NCBI RefSeq assembly: GCF_006345805.1
Contig: NC_043000.1
Span: forward strand, 108,934,001-108,998,000
DNA length: 64,000 bases
Source: Octopus sinensis
Taxonomy: Eukaryota
Direction: 5' to 3'
Under the pieces are notes generated by a model. It saw only the letters and a list, made by a program, of their open reading frames with translations. It made no database searches and was not told where the DNA came from. A program made the position numbers and the translations under genes. Position 1 is the stretch's first letter; every line of letters begins with the position of its first letter. This document shows, piece by piece, positions 37,850 to 51,469 of this stretch.

Positions 37850-38790
37850 TCCTGATGGCCTTCCATACAAAAATTTGTCAGCTGGATTAGCATGCTTCAA
37901 AGAAGACCTGGAGGTGAACCGCTCAGCATACCAAACAAAACCATTCATGAGTAGGTTTCTCGTAGACTAGCAGAAGATTGAAGCGAATCAGAGCCTCTCT
38001 TGGACACGTGACCGCTATATTACACCTCACTTCGAAGGCTATGCGCTTGCAATCCAAGAACAAGAGATTGCTGCTAAATACCTAATAAAAAAAAAGACGG
38101 TGAATCTCCTGGAGTTCCAAAATGCAACCGTAAATGTAGATTATCTCATATTTCTGTGGAAGACATCACACATGTTATTAGCGGCTGCCCAAAAATGTCA
38201 TGAAGTTACTGCCTCCCCATGCAACATGACGTTGTCGCAAAAGCAATATACTCTGCCATTCGGAAAGCAGACTGCCCTGGAATAAATATAGAGAATCCTC
38301 TGTTATTGAATGTATACACAAATGTCAGCACAAAAAATACCGGTGGAACATTCCATCAAAGCATCGGTCAAGTGTAAGCATAACAGACCAGATATCGTTG
38401 TTTGGGAGAGACAAGGAAACATATGTACCGTCAGAGAGGTCAGCTTTCCTGCTGATGGGAATATCTCTTTGGAAATCAAAGAGAAAGAAGATAATTATGG
38501 ACAACCGCTTCGAAAGTTCCAGCTTCTATACCCGGATTACAAATTTACATTTATACCAATAATGATTAGAGCAGTTGGTATTGTAAGTAAATACCTAACT
38601 GTCAGTCTGGATAACTGATTCGCTCATTATAAATCCAGTCCGTATGTGGAACAGTAAAACTATGCATGACTTTCTCTGGTTTAAAATAGGACATGTTTCG
38701 TAATCTACATTCCAAAGATGGAGCTTTGTGTCTTTGTTAGAAACTAGCTTCTTCTTCAGAGTAAGAATTTAAATGATTAAAAAAAGAACA
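37850..38790 (+). mobile_element. R4/Dong 3' fragment abutting the RTE fragment
   Basis: SHFEGYALAIQEQEIAAKY and KCKHNRPDIVVWERQGNICTVREVSFPADGNISLEIKEKEDNYGQPLRKFQLLYPDYKF. Confidence 0.9.
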
Positions 38791-38809
38791 CACGCAAACA
38801 TACACACAC

Positions 38810-38925
<116 letters not shown>

Positions 38926-40325
38926 TATATGTATATATATATATATATATATATAAAGTCATAAATGACAGGGAAATGGTTTGATGAAACTTATTTAACA
39001 ATAAGAAAATTCAAATATGGCGACAAATTGTTTCGTAAATTAAAAACGTGTAAATAATTTATTTGCAAAATGCAAAACATCTTTCAAAATAACGGAGAAT
39101 TTAAGCTACGTCCTCAGGTGAAAAGAAAATTTTTGTTAAATACTAAATTCTCGACGTACTTGATTTTGAAGTACTTGTGTCGTTGTTGGTGGTGGTGGTA
39201 ACCACGATCGGCGCCGGTGATATTTGGTAATAACGATGACGGTGAATGGTATTATTGGTGGCTGTTGAGATGGTTGGATTACGTTCGGGTTGTGGTGGAT
39301 TACGCTACCCATGATGGCTCTTGAGGTTGCCCTTGTGTTTCTTACTGTAGTGTTGGTCATGTGAAGTGATACAGTTGACAGCCATTTAGATGGTAGTGGT
39401 GATGGTGGTGGTGATGGTGATAGTGGTGGTAGGGATGGTGGTGGTGATGGTGGTGGTAGTACTACTGGTGGTGGGGGAAGATGCCAGTTGTAATGCTGGT
39501 TATGGTCTTGGTGGTAGCGATGAGAGTAAGGTGACGTATGGTGATGGTGGTGGTTGTGGTGATGGTGCTGGTGGTGGTGTTAGTACTAGTAGCAGCGAGG
39601 GTTGAGCGAATTCCCCACCCGATCCGAGGCACTTAAGACACCTAATATTTTCTATAAGGAGAAGACACTCACTCGTATTACCTTCTCGCTCATCAATTTA
39701 ATATCTCTTAGCATTCTCCCCACCGCCCCTCCTACTCAAGCCACAGATGACGCTGAAGGAATCCCACCATAGTGTGTCTCCCTACTAAGACTCCCTCTCT
39801 CTACCCCCTACTAATATCATGTATGGAGTTACAAGAATTTACCGCAGCTTAACGTACCTCAGATGCTGCCCCAGAAACAGCTTCGACTTCATAAGACGTT
39901 TTAGGGAGATTTCGCTCTCAAGTTTAATCTAATACTATAACACTTATGCATGTATGCGTGTGACTGAATGTATGTGCAGATAGATGCGCATGTATGTATG
40001 TATGTATGTATGTATGTATGTATGTATGTATGTATGTATGTATGTATGTATGTATGTATGTATGTATGTATGTATGTATGTATGTGTGTGTGTATATGCA
40101 TATCGATGCAGATATAATTATATATATAAATATGTTTACAGGAGTTGCGGGTTCGTGACTTACAGACAGCCTTCTAATTTTCCATGCAAAGGTTTTTTTA
40201 AATCCAACATTTAAACACTACTATTATAGCTGATCTGCTTCGAGATCCACTGTTCCAATGTTCCCCCAAAAAAGGAAAAAAATTATTTCATATGCTTTTG
40301 TGGTTATCAATACTTATGACCTCAA

Positions 40326-40364
<39 letters not shown>

Positions 40365-40549
40365 GGGAACAGGTTCTCGAAGTACTGGTTAGGTTGAAAA
40401 ACATTTTTGAACAGAAAAAGACGAAGGCTGGACATAGATCTAAAAGCGGTTTTCAACCCAATATTAAGATGTTATTAATTATACCTTTATATGTACTTCG
40501 AGATCCATGTTCTCTCGAAAGTTTACAGATTCTTCTGGAGTCAACTATA

Positions 40550-40587
<38 letters not shown>

Positions 40588-41559
40588 ACATTAAGAAGAG
40601 AGGTGAGTATAGGCTTATAATTTCCGTATACGGTCGTTTCATAATCTTATCAATGTAGAATTATTAATTCCAATATTCCTAATTAATGCGTCTATTTTAC
40701 AACAATATGCATATTTAAGCATTATATGACACAGTTGTTTATTACCCACGGATGTACAATGGAGAGAAAACTAACTCACCAGATCATATGTACATCAGAA
40801 CATCATTCACGCATTCAGGATTCAACCAATGCAGGGCGTGGTTATTGTGTGTTCTGCTCGATTTTCTTAATCCAATTCTCTTCTTATGGACAAACATACA
40901 TACAGACAGAAACGCACAAACACAAACATAGACACACACACGCACACACACACACACACGCGAGCACACACACACACACACGCGAGCACACACACAAAGG
41001 AATACAGAAATTGATTAATTTATCATTCATCGAATCGATCTCAGTTTTATGACGGATCCACAACAATTTTGATATATTGATCCGCCCTAGCAAAATTTTG
41101 CAATGTCATTATTAGAATTTGCTTAATCAGTATGTTACTCTTTCAGAAACACAAAACAAACCACATGTACTTGTCGTTTTGGGTCGTGGCCCTTACGAAT
41201 GGATAATGCTTCTCTAAGGACGTTTAATGAGACCGAAACAACCCAGAGTTGTCACCAACAATAACATTCACTTCCTGCGCTTATCTCCCTTCAATATTTT
41301 GTGAAAGGAAATTTCGGGCATTGAGATTTTGAGATTAACTTTCGGTTTTGAGATTAACTTTCATCAACAATAATAACTTTTATACTTATTACAGTTATAA
41401 ATTCCATTGATTTAGAATTATTTTACGATAGTTCACATTATAGCAGCTTACATCTGCACACGCACGTATACGCACAGATACCTGTGGTGTGTTTGTGTAC
41501 GTATATATATATATATATAGTCAATTCAAATAAACAAACATTTAAAAAAACAGAAAAAA

Positions 41560-41790
41560 AGGGGAAAAAACGAACGTGAGTACGTGCAGAAGAAATATAC
41601 GAATTTGACGCTCGGTGAAGGGTAAGAGTTGTTGTTAATGTTTCGAGCATAGTTCTTCGTCGGAAACAGGAAATTCCAAAGAGAAAGAAGGAAAAATAAG
41701 GATAAATCGACCACCAGAGTTCACGTGCGGTTACATTTCTAAAGTGACCGAAAGCGGAAGGAGAAAGAGAAAATGGGTTTTGGGACAGGG
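41560..41790 (-). mobile_element. Degraded PLE-type element with a decayed hammerhead (41635-41663)
   Basis: The minus strand reads CCGACGAAGAACTATGCTCGAAACATTAAC, followed by GAGCGTCAAA, as in the 2625 and 11905 copies. Confidence 0.55.
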
Positions 41791-41916
41791 GAGTATGAAA
41801 ATGGTCGGTATGTGTATGTGTGTGTGTGTGTGGTAGGATGTTTGTGTGAGTGTGTGTGTGTGTGCGTGTTTGCATGTGTGCGTAGACGGAGTGGTCAGTA
41901 GCGAGTCAGCGGAGTA

Positions 41917-42010
<94 letters not shown>

Positions 42011-42036
42011 TAGATAGATATATATATATATACATA

Positions 42037-43340
42037 CAGGGTGTTTCAAAAAATTTGATATCCTTTGAGATGTAAATATCACAGAAACTACACAGTCAAA
42101 GCAAATGAAACTAAACAGGTTAATGTTGAGCAACATAAGATCTATTCCTCCATATTTGAATGAGAAATTCAAAGGAATGTGGATTCCATGAATGATTTCA
42201 CGAATGTTCAATATGCGCACCGCCTGAGACACGGCACACTTCAAGTCGGTAGTCCAGCTCCTTCCAAATACGCTGCTGCATGTCTTGGGTAACAGTCTCC
42301 AGTGCGGTAGTGATTCTCTGCCAGCGTTCCTCTAGGTTTGCACGAAGAGGTGGGGACAGAGACCAAGCCCTTCACATAGTCCCAGAGGAAAAAAACGTGG
42401 CGGCCATTTCGACAACACATTGTCTTCATCACCAGCACACCCAATCCATCTCCCTTGCAAATTGTCATTGAGATATAAGCCCGCACAGTGAGCTTCCAGT
42501 GAGGTTGAGCCCTGCCCTGTTGAAAACTGAAGTATTCATGTTCATTTGCAATGAGCTCATCCATTAGCGAGTTCTGAAGCATTTGCAGATAAACATCATC
42601 GGTCAAATTTCCCTCAAAGAAAAACAGGTCATGAAGATGGTTCTTGGAGATGGCGCAGAACACATTCACTTCGGGTGGCATGGGGATTGTTTTCGCCCCA
42701 AATGTGAACATTATGCTTACTGACTTTACCATTCATATGAAATGTGGTCGCATCACTGAAAACAAGACATTCCTTGAACTCGGCTTCTTCAAGTTTCTCT
42801 TACATATCAACATAGAATTGTTTGCGGTTTCGCATGTCGTCTGCCGTTATGGTCTGAACGAGCTGCAGCTTGTAGGGTTTCATTTGCAAGTGTTCCCCCA
42901 GGACTCCCCAAACTGTCGTTGGAGGAATCTAGGTTTCCAGACTTGTTCTTCTTATGGACTTCTTGGGGCTTGGCAAGAGTTTTTGGCGAACCAGCTTGAC
43001 CGTCTCCTCTGATGTTAGTGGACATCCAGATCCTTTTGTCATGCACAACCTTCTTCTTTGAATTTTTTGTGCCATGTCCAAATCTGCATTGCCGTTGATT
43101 TTTTTTAGAGAACTCTCTCACAAATGCACGCTGCACAGTCTTGTTCGACTGTTTTCAAGCATATTTCAACACACAAAACACCATTTCTCTTCCAGTGAAT
43201 GCCATTTCTAGGCCTAAAAGATAAACGTATCAAACACTAAACATAAACTTTTGACCTGTTTCTACACATGCTGTTAAAATTTGAAGTCATTTAAACAAGA
43301 ACTGGTAAAGTTATTAGATTTTTATACTTTTTATATTTTT
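42037..43340 (-). mobile_element. Tc1/mariner superfamily element, maT (DD37D)-like, degraded
   Basis: TA|CAGGGTGTTTCAAAAAATTTGATA terminus; VNVFCAIS, VYLQMLQN, FQQGRAQPHW, GRWIG..WP and FFLWDYVKG motifs. Confidence 0.8.
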
Positions 43341-43344
43341 CAAA

Positions 43345-44150
43345 AATAAGATGAGAATGTTCTTTTTTAAACTAAAATTTAGTCTCTTTAATTTTCTACA
43401 ACGTTCTTCCATCTATCTGGTAGACTTGCAAGGCCCCTCTTCCAAAATTTACTTGTCTGTGATGAAAATTGCTCCTCCAGTACTCTTCTGACCTAGTCAA
43501 GAGAATTCATATTTTTCCCGTCCAAATGATTTTGAAGACTGCGGAATAAATGATAATCAGATGGCACAATGTCCGGCGAATATGGTGGGTGGGGCATCGT
43601 TTTCCATTCAAACTGCTCCAGCCTTGCTGTATGTAGCCAAGTATAATCCTGGTGGAATAACACCTTTCGCCTTGAAACCAAAGATACTCGTTTTTCTTCT
43701 AGCGCTGACTCAAACCGCTTAAGCTGCTCGCATTAGATCTCCTTTGTTATCGTTTGGTTCGGGTTTAAAAGTTCGAAGTGGAGTAAAAATTTCATATCCC
43801 AACAAACAGATAACAATACCTTACGTGGGTGAAGACCTTATTTAGCCTGGGGTGTCGCTGTTTCTCCTTTCCCTACCCACTGTCTTCAGCGCTTGATATT
43901 TTTATAGAGAATCCATTTCGCGTCACCAGTCACTATTCAGTCCAAAAAGGGTTCATTCCTGAGACGTGACAGCAAAGAAGAGCACACATTTACTCTCTGT
44001 GAGCAATTAGACTCGGAAAGTTTGGTGACTTTTCCCATGGCACTCAGGTGTCGATGAATGGCTGAATGACCAAATCCAAACTTATCTGCTAGTTCCTGAA
44101 CAGTTACAATGGGATTTTGTTCCACCAGGATTTGCAGGACGTCCTCGCCG
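43345..44150 (-). mobile_element. Mariner (DD34D) transposase relic
   Basis: RLRNEPFLD.IVTGDEKWILY, VLFHQD, PHPPYSPDIVPSDYHLFRSLQNHLDGK and LPDRWKNVVE. Confidence 0.9.
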
Positions 44151-44539
44151 AGTTCTACAGACCTTTGAGTACAAGACTCAGACTATAGTTTCCGGCCCGG
44201 AATTTCCTGGAACCACCGTTGACACTGGTTTATGCTTATTATCCGGTCCCCATGTACTGCATTAATATTCCTCGCACTTTCGTTTGCGTTGTTGCCTTTA
44301 TTGAACTCACAAATCAAAATATGCCGAATATGCTCCTTTATCACTTCCATTATAGCTTTGAAAAATAACTCTTAAAATCGAATTGTACTCTTCAAAACTT
44401 GCATTAAGAATAAGTACATAGTAAAATGACTGCCTGCTTTTGTAGCAAGTTGAGTTCTTGCTATAAGGGGTTCGACAATTGCTTCCCAAACAACCACACA
44501 GATCATTTGTTTATAATGATCAAATGTTTGTGTAGACAG

Positions 44540-44737
44540 AAGCTCACTCTCTCCATCAGATCGCCATTACCTGCACAGGTGTAATTGGGTGCCACATGTC
44601 AGATGCCGAAGTGATCGCAGAGCAGCGTGAAATGAAATGCTTTGCTCAAGAACACAACGCAACGCACGGTCTGGGAATCGAACCCACGGTCTGGCAATCG
44701 CGAGTGCAACACCTTAACCACTACGCCATGCGCCTTC
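44540..44737 (-). mobile_element. Family C SINE (tRNA-Arg-like head)
   Basis: The minus strand reads GAAGGCGCATGGCGTAGTGGTTAAGGTGTTGCACTCGCGATTGCCAGACCGTGGGTTCGATTCCC..GTTGTGTTCTTGAGCAAAGCA. Confidence 0.85.
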
Positions 44738-44798
44738 CCACACACGCACATATATATCTGCAAACATATATATGTATGAATATATACATATATATGTA

Positions 44799-44873
<75 letters not shown>

Positions 44874-45671
44874 ACATACATATGCATGCACACACACATA
44901 CATATGCTCCCACATACACTCACTCATATAAATATTACCCTCAAACTTAATGTCTATCTGGAAGTTTATATATTTTCTCTGTTAACACGAAAATATATTT
45001 AGGCCAATTCATGCAACGCTTCTTCTCTTCTCTTAATCTCGTTTCTTTGGCATCATATATTCTACTTAAACATTTCTTCCCTTTGAAACTTGAACGTTAC
45101 TTAATGGAACAATTTATAAATTATTATTATTTTGTTTCATGTCTTTATTTCCCATTTTAAATTTTACTCCTTTTTGTTTCTATCAAACGTAAAAATGAAA
45201 CAATTTTCTTCCTTTGATATGAAATCTTGATGCTTTTTTACGAGCAATGAATAAAAATGTGCATGCCAAATTTAAACGCTATACAACAGCGGATGAGATT
45301 AAGAAGATGTAGAAGAGATGGCGGAAATGAAGTTTGTCATACATAAAGACGTTTTAAGAGACACGTTAATGCACTTTGTATACAAACAAGCGGAATTGGT
45401 AACGTCTGGCTTCACGGGAGAAGAGCAAAGGAGAAATGTGCGCTTTACTGAAACACATTTGTACATATAGTCGCATAGACATACATACATAAATACGCAT
45501 ATGCACACACACACACACACACGTAAATATATATGTGCACATGTCTATTAGTGTATTTCCCTCCATTTCCCGGTCTGCTTATCTGTTTGTCTCTCTCTCT
45601 CTCTGTCTACCTCATTTTTTACCTCTCTCTTTCTCTCCCTCTATATTTATAGATATGTATATATGTGAGTG

Positions 45672-45738
<67 letters not shown>

Positions 45739-46045
45739 GAGAAAAGAGAGAAAGGGGGGAAAGAGCTGGACAGAAGAGAGAGAGAGAGAGAGATGCAACT
45801 AAAATACAGGTCTATGAGGATCTCGTTTTTTGAATCTTCCTTGCTTTAATCCAGAGAACCTCAGACCAGGGAAATTTATTCAGGCATCATTCCAGAATGT
45901 TTATATGCTTCCATTACAGCTTGCCAACATTATGACGTAATTCGGAGCCCAAAGAAACAGCCGTTGGACCTGTAATACCTTTACATTTTCCCCTTAAGTT
46001 TTTGTGTTTTTGTACTCTGTGTAAGACACCTCAGTTAATATATAA

Positions 46046-46078
<33 letters not shown>

Positions 46079-46097
46079 TATATATATATATAATATA

Positions 46098-46163
<66 letters not shown>

Positions 46164-46637
46164 AAAGAGAAATAGAGAGGGTGAAAGAACGAGAGATTAT
46201 GTATATTTCTGTGTGTAGATATAGGTATCCATGCACGCGCGCACACACACACGCATACACACGCACATACACTAACACACGCACATACACTAACACACGC
46301 ATACGCACGCACACACACACACACACATGAATACACACACACGCACACGCATACACGCACGCACACATATGCAGGCACACAGTTATACAATGTCCCATGC
46401 ATGACTCGATTTCCATCAGCGGTAGAACAATACAACATGGTTGTATCATTAGTTCGTAATGTTTCCTTCGAATCATGAACTTAGACCAACTCTGAACGCC
46501 ATCCTCCTTTCTTTGCGAATGAAACTCTACTTTCTGGTGTATCACAACCATTTCAGAACATGAGAATGAATGAAAACAATCTTGTAAAATCTTCTGGGCT
46601 TCATTCTAGCACACATAATAATAATACCGCTGTCTAA

Positions 46638-47017
46638 CACTGGTTCTCAACCGGGCTCCATACGACCGCGGCAGGTTTATATAAGATTCCATATAAGATT
46701 GCTGGGGGTCTATGCATGCGAAATAGTAAATTGAGGATCCACAGCAGTATTAAAGGGGTCCATGAAAACATTTTGATTTAGGTTTATTTATTGCAAGAAT
46801 TAATAAAGATTCTTTCTCTAATGTTTTGCATAGTGTAACATGTTCCCTGCCACTGGAACATGTTCTGTCAGAGGGCGCTATTGCAGACCTGCGCAAGTGA
46901 ACATGTGTAAAACAAACTAAGAATTTTGAAAGAAGTGTCTCTAAAACAACTTTTTAAACTTCGAATGGCTGGAGTAATCAAAGGGGTCCATAGATAAAAA
47001 ATGGCTGAGAACTACTG
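46638..47017. mobile_element. hAT (Charlie-like) MITE
   Basis: Termini CACTGGTTCTCAACC and GGCTGAGAACTACTG, with internal GGGGTCC repeats. Confidence 0.7.
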
Positions 47018-48583
47018 CTCTAATCAAAGACGATTTGACCCAGTGCGGGGGGAAATTCGGGAGTTATTTCAAGCATGTCGCTCGACATACATCGAATTGT
47101 CCGCAAATTGTAGCCCTTATTCAAAAAGAAGATACGACACAGAATTATGCAGTCTTGGAGACAACGCTTCGAAAACCAGAAATGGTCAAACCTAGACTGG
47201 TCAATTTGTGATGATCTCGATCTAAACAACAAGAACGATGACAGCAACAGTGACTACGACAATAATAATGAGAACAACAACAAACACCTCTAACTGACAA
47301 TCGCAGGTGAGCAGGGTTTGTTGATATGTTGCATCGTTCCGTTGCTTCAAATGGTTTTGTAGTTGGGAGCAGACAAAAGCATTTGAATTTCTCATTACCT
47401 TTGAATTTCTCATATACATAAACACGCATTGATATACATACCTCCACCACACACACATATACATACATATATACATATATATTTTCCCATATATAAACAT
47501 ATACATAAATATATATTTATCCATTTTTCTGAAAGTTATGATCATCCGAATCGGGGTCGCAGAAATCTGTAGTTATGCCGATTCAAAAACACATAAAATG
47601 AGTCGTGCAAGTAAAAAAAAGTTCGTCAATATTCAGAGGAATATTTAAAATTTGGATTTACATCCGCTATCCACGATAAACTGTCACCAAGTTATGGGCG
47701 AAAAACTCGGATCTTGTGAATTTTCCGAACTCCACCCCTCGGTAAAGATTTTCCCATAAATTTCTTTATAATCGTATTGTATGCCGGTTGAAAGGTATTT
47801 ATATAAAATTTCATTAAAAAAAAAATTCCCTAAAAGTTATGAAGGAAAAAATCGGATCTTGTGAATTTTCCGAAGTCCTCCCCGCCCGTTGATTTCCGCG
47901 AATTTTTTTTCATATTCATTTCCCACACATTTTTTTATGTCTGTTACACTATTTGTTTTATTTTGTTTCCGGGTAATATCGTAAACATTGAACAAATTTT
48001 AAATAACAAAAATCAAATATCACACGGGGGCATCAGAATTTTAGAAATGATTCGGTGGGGCATGGCCAAAAATCGGTTGGGAACCACTGGTGACGACGAA
48101 GACGACGGCGATGACAAGGTTGATGATGATAATTACAACGATGACGATGACAGCAATGATGGCGACGACGATGAAAACGTAATGATGGTGATGGTGGAAG
48201 AGGAGGAAAGTTGTCGTCTGGAAAATTAATGATGATGATGATGATGATGACGATGTTGATGACGCTAATGAGGAGAATTATGGTGTAATAGTGTTGAAAG
48301 GAATGCTAATGGTAGTGGTGGTGGTGGTGGTGAGGGTGGCAACGGTACCGATCGGGGGATGTTCTTTCTGAATAAAAAAAAAAAAACGAAAAGAATAAAA
48401 GATGTTCTATTTATCTCTATTCTCCAACAAGTTTATCGAAGCGTGACTTTGCCGCAGTAGTTGAATCGGGGCTGCACAGAAAAGGGAGCAGATGGCAAGA
48501 TTCAGATCCTTCCTCCGTCTACACAAAAGACAATTTACATCCGGGGAATTCCCTGTTTATGCACACACACACACACACACACA

Positions 48584-48628
<45 letters not shown>

Positions 48629-48894
48629 CACACAGACACACACACACACACACACGTATGTATGTATGTATGTATGTATGCATGCGTCAGTATGGTTGTA
48701 CAGTTAAGAAACTGGCTTGGCAACCGCGTGGCTTCGGGTTCAGTCCTGTTGGTTACAGCTGGGGTGGCCTTGATCGTAGGTTTGTTCAGTTGGGGTTACA
48801 CAACAGCTGGTAGCTACAAAAAAATAATCGAACTACCATCATTATTATCAATAACTATGTCATACTGATTACATCACTTGCAGCAGCAGCAACA

Positions 48895-49305
48895 GTGGAG
48901 GCGCAATGGCCCAGTGGTTAGGGCAGCGGACTCGCGGTCGGAGGATCGCGGTTTCGATTCCTAGACCAGGCGTTGTGTGTGTTTATTGAGCGAAAACACC
49001 TAAAGATCCACGAGGCTCCGGCAGGGGGTGGTAGCGACCCCTGTTGTACTCTTTCGCTCCAACTTTCTCTCACTCTTTCTTCCTGTTTCTTGTCCCCGAC
49101 TTCCTACGCAACCAATGAGTCTGGATGCGCATTCATCCATCCGTCGATGCTCTCGGTGTCGGGGGTTGACCTGCATTCTCTTCTGCAGGTCTTACGAATA
49201 GCAAAGGACCACGTTTCGGACTTCTACAAACAATCCTGAGGCGCGATCTTGCGAGCTCTGGGACGAAGACCGCTTCGCTCAACAAACAAACAAACAAACA
49301 AACAA
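48895..49305 (+). mobile_element. Full-length family C SINE with (AAAC)n tail and 15-bp TSD
   Basis: tRNA-like head GGAGGCGCAATGGCCCAGTGGTTAGGGCAGCGGACTCGCGG..GGTTTCGATTCC; GCAGCAGCAGCAACA duplicated at 48880-48894 and 49306-49320. Confidence 0.9.
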
Positions 49306-49400
49306 GCAGCAGCAGCAACAACAACAACAACGACGACGACGACAACACCATCATCATCATCATCATCACTACTAGCAGCAACAACAACCATTTAATCACC

Positions 49401-49612
49401 AGGGCGGTGAGCGAGCTTAATTTTTACCGCGCTGGGCGAAATGCTTAGCAAGGTTTCATCCGTCTCTGCTTTCTGAGTTCAAATTCCGCCGACGTCGACT
49501 TTTCCTTTCATCCTTCAGGATTGATAAAATAATACCAGCTGAATGCTGGGGTCGATGTAAATGACTTGCTCCTGTTCCCGAAATAGCTGGTCTTGTGCCA
49601 AAATTTGAAACC
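49401..49612 (+). mobile_element. Family A SINE
   Basis: CTGAGTTCAAATTCCGCCGACGTCGACTTTTCCTTTCATCCTTCAGGATTGATAAAATAATACCAG. Confidence 0.85.
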
Positions 49613-50525
49613 AATCTGCCAAACCATTAGAACCATACTAACACCAGTCTTACCCCCCATCCCCCCACCACACACAAACCTGGAACTTAACATGATGCAG
49701 GGCATAACAACTTTAGCGAAATTTGCAGTATTGCAGTTATTTGGGCATAAAACCGGATCCTATTGTCACTTTTGTTTTTGTTTGGCCCCATTGCCCAGTA
49801 AATGTTCGGGTAGGACACAGATAGCTTCAAAGGGCTCTGACTCCCCTTTTTTGCGTAATAAATGGAAAAATCACTGTTCACCCCACAATCACCTTAACTA
49901 CCATCACGACGACAACAGAGGCCGCCACCATCCCCACCAGCAACACCATCACTACCGTCACCTCTGCCGTCGCCGCCGTGGCCAACATCGCCACCACCGC
50001 TACCATCGCCACTACCGCCGCCGCCGTCACCACCACCTACCCACTAACCTACCCACCGTATCAACAATATCATATATGTATACTAAGCTACTGCGAATCT
50101 GAAAGGCACTACCACCACCGCCACCACCACCACCATCAACATTAGTTTATCCCCTTACAAATGATCATTATCGTCATCATCGTTCTCATCGCCATCCTCA
50201 TCATCATGCTCATAGACAACAACAAGAGCAACAACAACAACAACAACAACAGCAACAGCATCAGCAATATGGTCGTCCCTGTCCCAACTAATAGCTGCAG
50301 CTCCACACATTTGCACGCTCCATTTAAAACATCCGTCGTTCGAGGCATTAATTAGACTTGCCACCTTCAATTGACTGATAAACAGATAAAGGCGGAGTTT
50401 ATTGACTTAATTAGCGAGTGTATATGATGTGTGTGTGTATATGTGCACCGCTTTTGAATAGCGATTGAGAAGGCATTCAGTGTAATACTGTAGAAAGGAG
50501 GCTACCACACACGCGTGTATAAACT

Positions 50526-51114
50526 GGCCCTCCGTCGGTTACGACGGCGAGTCTTCCAAGTTGATCCAATCTATGGAAAAGCTTGCTCGTGAAATTAACA
50601 TGCAAGTGGCTGAGCACTCCACAGACTTGCGTACCCTCAAATTAGTTCTCAGGTAGATTCAGCATGACATAGAGTTTGATAAGGCTGGCCCCCATTGAAT
50701 TACAGGTATAATTAATTTCTGCTAGTTGCATGAACTCGAGCAACGTGAAATAAAGTGTTTTGCTCAAGAACACAACGTGCCGCTAGGAATCGAACTCACC
50801 TCACAAACATGAGCCGAATACCCTAACCACTAAGCCACGCGCCTTCACATGCGTGTGCGCGCGTTGTGTCCTTGAGCAAGACACTTTACTTCACGTTATT
50901 TATATCCACTCACCTATCAAAAGTGAATAGTATTTTTAATTCAAAGCGCCGGCCTAGTTGCATTTTGTGTCACACTGAATCTCCCTGAGAACTACGTTAA
51001 GAGTGCGCATGTCCGTGGAGTACTCAGCCACGTGCACGCTAATTTACCAAGCCGGTTGTTCCATCGATCGGGTCAACTGGAACACTGATCGTCGTCGTAA
51101 CTGACGGAATGCCA
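50526..51114. mobile_element. Head-to-head inverted pair of family C-related SINEs (50526-50847 -, about 50863-51114 +)
   Basis: CCGTCGGTTACGAC..AGTTGATCC..GTGGCTGAGCACTCCAC is mirrored by GTGGAGTACTCAGCCAC..GGGTCAACT..GTCGTAACTGACGG. Confidence 0.8.
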
Positions 51115-51469
51115 TTGTATGTGTGTGTACGTGCATTTGGATTTGTTCTCTTGACAACCAATGTTTGTAGGAATATTTCATTTTATGTCCTCAGCAGGGT
51201 TTCCGGCTACAAGAAGCGTCAGATGACTTTCGGAAGCTTCATGCTAATTCTTCTCCGTTAGAATTAACAATCCTAACAACCATGTTTCCAGAATATTCCA
51301 GTTTCATTAATACTGAATAATTATTATGTTGTCTTATCTGTCGTCATTATCCATTTTGTCTTAACTCATCAGGCTAATTAATGGCATCCAAAAACCAAAA
51401 TGTAATTCTACAACTCCAACGTACTTTCCCTACGTTCTATGCAGCTGTGAAATATGAAGCGTGAAAACA

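Noticed and set aside
40593-40610. Strong donor-like GAG|GTGAGT
   Set aside because: It is isolated and preceded by a (CA)n tract, with no upstream acceptor or ORF.
48897-48970. tRNA-Arg-like sequence
   Set aside because: It has no proper acceptor stem and continues into a SINE body with tail and TSD, so it is a SINE head and not a tRNA gene.
49593-50355. His/Arg-rich 169-aa ORF and neighbouring poly-N ORF
   Set aside because: They are built from a SINE tail and degenerate (CAC)/(CAT)/(CAA) repeats, with no domain signal.
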